A stretch of DNA of 64,000 nucleotides, taken from Planctomycetota bacterium (GTDB lineage: Bacteria > Planctomycetota > B15-G4 > SIAN01). The stretch is from the NCBI GenBank assembly GCA_031409275.1, contig JANNXA010000050.1, positions 1-64,000 of the forward strand, in the 5' to 3' direction. The notes beneath the pieces were generated by a model, which did no database searches, was not told the DNA's origin, and saw only the letters and a list, made by a program, of their open reading frames with translations. The position numbers were made by a program, and so were the translations under genes. This document shows, one piece after another, positions 60,016-64,000 of the stretch; the stretch's first letter is position 1; every line of letters begins with the position of its first letter.

Positions 60016-60888
60016 GTGCCTCGTCGCCAGGTCATCGCGAGTTGGATCCTGGGCAGCTGGTGCGCCGCCATGCCGATTGGCGTCGGCGCAACGGGTCATG
60101 GGGGCGCGCACGGCGGTCCGCACGGTGGGCCGCACGGCGGTCCGCAAGATGGCGGCGCACCGCCGCATCGCGGAGGGGAAGGTCCAGAACGGCGCGAGAA
60201 GCACGACGCCGCGCCCGCCGCCCGTTTCGTGGTCGACAGCGGAAGCGACGCCGCCCGGCGACTGCGCGAGTCGGAGAAGGGGCTCACCCAGCGCGAGCCG
60301 CGCCTGCGCGCCGAAGCGCTCGTCCCGTTCCTGACGCATCGTCACGAGTCGTACGTGAAGCGTCTCGTCGCGCTGCTCAAGGATCCGAGTGAAGAGGTCG
60401 CCGTGCAGGCGGCGCGCGCGCTGGCAAATCAGCCCTTCGAAAGCTGCACCGAAGAGTTGCTCGACTTCGTGACCCACGAGAAGAACCTCGCGGCTCGCGG
60501 CGCCGCGGTCGCCGCCGCAACGCGCACGCTCGGCACCATCGGTTTCGGGAAGAAGGGCTTCGATCGACTGCGTGCCGCGTTCGAGGTTGGCGAGGGCGAC
60601 GTGAAGGTGGCGATCTGCCAGACCTTCACGCAGCAGAAGGAGAAGCGCGCCTTCTCCTTCTTCGTCGACCGCCTCGACGCGCCGGCGCCCGAGAACCCCG
60701 ACTCGGCGAGCAACCCACCGGAGGCGTACTGGCGCGCGCGTCACGAAGAGTGGACGACCTACAAGCAGCACGTCTCGAAAGGGCTGCGCGAGCTCACCGG
60801 CGAGAAGTTCACCACCGCGGCGCAGTGGCGCGAGTGGGCCGCAGGCCCCGGCAAGAAGCTCGGCTTCACCTACTCCAAAGGGTCGTAG
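60016..60888 (+). CDS. Exported HEAT-repeat protein
   Basis: AAGGAG before GTG. Signal-like leader, short HGGP repeats, LLKDPSEEVAVQAARAL, LRELTGEKF...W..W. Confidence 0.7.
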   Translation: MPRRQVIASWILGSWCAAMPIGVGATGHGGAHGGPHGGPHGGPQDGGAPPHRGGEGPERREKHDAAPAARFVVDSGSDAARRLRESEKGLTQREPRLRAEALVPFLTHRHESYVKRLVALLKDPSEEVAVQAARALANQPFESCTEELLDFVTHEKNLAARGAAVAAATRTLGTIGFGKKGFDRLRAAFEVGEGDVKVAICQTFTQQKEKRAFSFFVDRLDAPAPENPDSASNPPEAYWRARHEEWTTYKQHVSKGLRELTGEKFTTAAQWREWAAGPGKKLGFTYSKGS

Positions 60889-61331
60889 TCGTCCCCCGCG
60901 CCAGCACGCGGCGGACCGCCGCCGCGAGTTCGCTTCGCGCCGCCGCGGCGCTTCTTGCTGGCGATGCGCCGCTCCTGCGATCCGCGCGTCGGCTTGGTGG
61001 CCTTGCGCGCCTTCTTCGGGATCAGCGCCGCGCGCAGCATCTCGCCGAGCCGCGCGATCGCCGCGGCGAGGTTCTGGCCACGCTCGCGATGGCGCTCGCT
61101 GGCGACGATCAGCACGCCGTCCTTGGTGAGGCGAGTGGCCAGCACCTCGAGCAAGCGCGGCCGCACCCACTCGGGCAACGCGGGAGTGCGCACGAGATCG
61201 AGGCGCACCGTCGCCTTCGTCTCCACCTTGTTGACGTTTTGCCCACCGGGCCCACCCGAGCGGCTGTAGCGGATCTCCAAGGCGCGCACCGGCAGCCGCA
61301 CGCCGAATCCGAGGTCGAGGTCGTCCATCAT
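60870..61331 (-). CDS. arfB: Alternative ribosome-rescue peptidyl-tRNA hydrolase
   Basis: RSGGPGGQNVNKV; basic tail RKATKPTRGSQERRIASKKRR. Confidence 0.93.
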   Translation of the reverse strand: MMDDLDLGFGVRLPVRALEIRYSRSGGPGGQNVNKVETKATVRLDLVRTPALPEWVRPRLLEVLATRLTKDGVLIVASERHRERGQNLAAAIARLGEMLRAALIPKKARKATKPTRGSQERRIASKKRRGGAKRTRGGGPPRAGAGDDYDPLE

Positions 61332-61909
61332 CGAGTGAGATCCTCCGGTCGGTCGAAGTCGTCCACCACCATTCGATCGTCCACCGTCACGTCGAGCACG
61401 CGTGACGGATCGCGTCGAACGACCTGGTGGCCGGGCGCGTCCACGGCGAGAGCACGGAACTCGGCCGCCGCAACGGCGCTGGCGAACAGCGGATGGCCGC
61501 GCCGCCCACCGTAGCGCGGAACGACCAACTCCATGCCCGGCGGGCGCGCGCGAAAGGCCGCATGCAACGTCGCGAGCGTCGCGCCGCTGACGCGCGCATG
61601 GTCGACCGGCCACAACACCAACGGAGCCGCGATCGGCAGCGCCGCCGCACCGCAACGCATCGAACTCGACATGCCGCGTTGCGGATCGGGGTTGTCGACG
61701 ACTTCCACCGCGCGCAGATCGACTGCGGCGCGCACGCGATCGCCGTCATGACCGAGCACCACGACGACGTGCAGCGACTCCTCGCGCGCGAGGCGGATCA
61801 CGCGTGCGAGCGCGTGTTCGCCAGCGAGATCGATCAGCGATTTCGGCGAGCCCATGCGACTCGAGCGACCCGCTGCAAGCACGACGACGATCGGGGAAGT
61901 TGCGTCCAT
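61328..61909 (-). CDS. Nucleotidyltransferase (MocA/MobA-like)
   Basis: LAAGRSSRMGSPK, NPDPQRGMSSS, PVDH, GHP, DDFDRPED. Stop overlaps the arfB ATG. Confidence 0.85.
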   Translation of the reverse strand: MDATSPIVVVLAAGRSSRMGSPKSLIDLAGEHALARVIRLAREESLHVVVVLGHDGDRVRAAVDLRAVEVVDNPDPQRGMSSSMRCGAAALPIAAPLVLWPVDHARVSGATLATLHAAFRARPPGMELVVPRYGGRRGHPLFASAVAAAEFRALAVDAPGHQVVRRDPSRVLDVTVDDRMVVDDFDRPEDLTR

Positions 61910-62103
61910 CGTTGGGTCCACGCTCCGTACATCGACCGCTTCGCGTTACAATCCCGCGCCTCGGTCGAACCGCTGCTCGCGCCGCGTCGTCTCATTCCTG
62001 ACGAGCCGACCTGACCTCGGCGCGAGAAGCGAGGCGCCCCTGCCCGCAGGGAGGCATCCGTCCGGTGAGCGCGCGTCCGTGCGCGACTCGGTCGGGTGCC
62101 TCC

Positions 62104-62712
62104 CTAAGGGTTTCTAGCGCGTCTTCGCCACCGGATCGCCCATTCCAGCACGTTCGCCGCGAGTCGCTCGCCGCGCGGCGAACCGACCGACACGGGATGG
62201 AACTGCACCGCGCACGCGTCGCCATCCACCCGCTCGATCGCCATCACGTCATGCTCGGCGGTCGTCGCCACCACGCGCAAGGTCGATGGCAGCGACCCGC
62301 GCTCGGCGACCAGCGAGTGGTAGCGCATCATCGAAACCGGGCTTGGCAGTCCGGAAAAAAGAAAATGGCCGTCGTGCAAGATCGGCCACGTGCGACCGTG
62401 TCGCGGCGTCGTGCGCACGACGCGGCCGCCCGCTTCGACCACCATCAACTGCAGGCCGAAGCAGACGCCGAACAACGGCGCGCGGCCGCGCAGCGCACCG
62501 ATGGCGGCGAGCGAGCGGCCCGCATCGATCGACAGCTCGGGATGACCCGGACCGGGCCCGAGCACCACGAGGTCGGGTGGCGCAGCGACCAGACCGGCGA
62601 CATCGAGCGTCGCGCTCTGCACCACCTCGGGCAGAACCCCCGTCAGCGCGCCGAACTGGTGGGCGAGGTTGAACGTGAACGAGTCGAGGTGGTCGACCAG
62701 GACGATCCTCAC
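62104..62712 (-). CDS. pabA: Glutamine amidotransferase subunit (PabA/TrpG), with HPE motif changed to HPV
   Basis: DHLDSFTFNL, GPGPG, GVCFG, RYHSL, QFHPVS. GTG overlaps the pabB stop. Confidence 0.88.
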   Translation of the reverse strand: MRIVLVDHLDSFTFNLAHQFGALTGVLPEVVQSATLDVAGLVAAPPDLVVLGPGPGHPELSIDAGRSLAAIGALRGRAPLFGVCFGLQLMVVEAGGRVVRTTPRHGRTWPILHDGHFLFSGLPSPVSMMRYHSLVAERGSLPSTLRVVATTAEHDVMAIERVDGDACAVQFHPVSVGSPRGERLAANVLEWAIRWRRRARNP

Positions 62713-64000
62713 GGTGCAGCTCGCGTCGACGCGGGGTCCGTCCCGGTGTCAGCGGCCGCCGCCAGCGCGCGCAGCAGCGGCTCCGCCTTGGCGCGGCTCT
62801 CCGCCCACTCTTCGTCCGGTTGCGAGTCCCAGACGAGACCGCCGCCGACCTGGACGCGCGCCTTTCCGTGGGCGCACAGCGCCGTGCGAATCACGACCGA
62901 CCAGTCGCAGCGGCCGTCGACCGCGAGGTAGCCGAGGATCCCGGAATAGGGGCCGCGCGGCTCCGCCTCGAGGAGGCGCAACTGCTCGATCGCGCGCACC
63001 TTCGGCGCGCCCGTCATCGAGCCGGGCGGGAACGCCGCGGCCAGCAGGTCGGCGACGCTCTTGCCGTCGGCGAGCTCTGCTTCGAGCACCGAGACCATCT
63101 GCAGCAAGGTGGCGTGCTCCTCGACCAGCGCCGGCTGCGCGGCGCGCACGCTCCCGAGCGCCGCCACGCGACCGAGGTCGTTGCGCAGGAGATCGGCGAT
63201 CATCAGGTTCTCGGCCAGCGCTTTCTGGGAGTTCGCCAGTTCGAGCGTGGCGGCCGCGCGCGCGACCGCTCCGGCCGGTTTCGCGGCGGTTCCCTTCATC
63301 GGCCGCGCCTCGATTCGACCGCCGCGCTCGACGCGGACGAAGCGCTCGGGCGAGCAGGAGACGAGCGTCACCGCGCCATCCTCGAAGTAGGCCGAGAACG
63401 GGGCCTTGTGATCGCGCCTCAGCCGCAGCCACAGCGCGAACGGATCGCCCGCGAGTTCGCGCCGCAGTGGATAGGTGAAGCAGAGCTGGTAGCTGTCGCC
63501 GGCCGCCAGCGCGCACCGCGCCTGCGCGAACGAGCGCGAGTAGTCGGCCAGCGAAAGGTCGCCCTCGACGAACGGCTCGCGCTGCGCCGCGTGCGCGCGC
63601 GACGGTTCCGGCGGCTCGCTCACCGGCGGCTCCGCGACCAGCTCGGCCATCAGCTCGGACGCAAGCGCGTCGTCGCGTGCCCACAACTCGGGCGCCCCGC
63701 CCGCTTCGCGCCAGCGCACCACCACATCGGTCAGCACGAAGGCGCCGTCGACGAACGGCGCCAACCGCGCCAGCGAAGGCGGCGCGAGGCACTCGTATCC
63801 GAAGTATCCGTAGGCGCCCAGTGGCGGCGCGTCGGCCGCGAGGCTCTCTCCGCACGCAAGCGCGGCGACGCAGCGCTCGAGCGCATGGAACGGAGTGGGC
63901 GCCGCCGCAAGCGCTTCGGCCGACGGGAAGTCGGGCGCGGCGCGCAGTCGCCTGCACTCGATGGCCCCCCGCTCGACCTGCCATCGCGCGAGCGGGACGC
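62709..64000 (-). CDS. pabB: Aminodeoxychorismate synthase component I (5' end beyond the window)
   Basis: GYFGYE, APFSAY, SPERF, PMKGT, ENLMIADLLRNDLGR, FPPGSMTGAPK. Frame stays open to the window edge. Confidence 0.9.
   Translation of the reverse strand, partial: VPLARWQVERGAIECRRLRAAPDFPSAEALAAAPTPFHALERCVAALACGESLAADAPPLGAYGYFGYECLAPPSLARLAPFVDGAFVLTDVVVRWREAGGAPELWARDDALASELMAELVAEPPVSEPPEPSRAHAAQREPFVEGDLSLADYSRSFAQARCALAAGDSYQLCFTYPLRRELAGDPFALWLRLRRDHKAPFSAYFEDGAVTLVSCSPERFVRVERGGRIEARPMKGTAAKPAGAVARAAATLELANSQKALAENLMIADLLRNDLGRVAALGSVRAAQPALVEEHATLLQMVSVLEAELADGKSVADLLAAAFPPGSMTGAPKVRAIEQLRLLEAEPRGPYSGILGYLAVDGRCDWSVVIRTALCAHGKARVQVGGGLVWDSQPDEEWAESRAKAEPLLRALAAAADTGTDPASTRAAP

Noticed and set aside
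61990..62020. SRP RNA (AGGTCAGGTC on the minus strand)
   Set aside because: The following CGGAAGGAAGCAGC-type motif of SRP domain IV is absent. Kept only as an unassigned structured segment.

Overview
Very GC-rich bacterial chromosomal window, probably Planctomycetota (inferred from the repertoire of FG-GAP, beta-propeller, ECF sigma and sulfatase genes). It holds about 40 genes and one tRNA-Glu(CTC). Housekeeping genes: rho, scoAB, pnp, an rlmN-like gene, a lipA/2-oxoacid dehydrogenase operon, ygfZ, arfB and pabAB. These are interleaved with many secreted repeat proteins. Main points of interest: (1) a translationally coupled ECF sigma / membrane anti-sigma / membrane-anchored TPR-CHAT (caspase-like) protease trio; (2) a hidden selenoprotein, split by the ORF track at an in-frame TGA inside a W-U-P-F-C redoxin motif and followed by a SECIS-like hairpin, 10 bp after lpdA; (3) a ~1190-aa SHMT-GcvT-like-GcvT fusion; (4) a 5.0-kb integrase-less cassette (copper radical oxidase plus integrin-like protein) flanked by a 117-bp duplication of a gene 3' end; (5) two E1-alpha genes sharing one E1-beta; (6) a covarying hairpin array behind rho. 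No CRISPR array, cas gene, integrase or transposase was seen. All calls come from reading motifs by eye; no database searches were run, and many start codons are best guesses.
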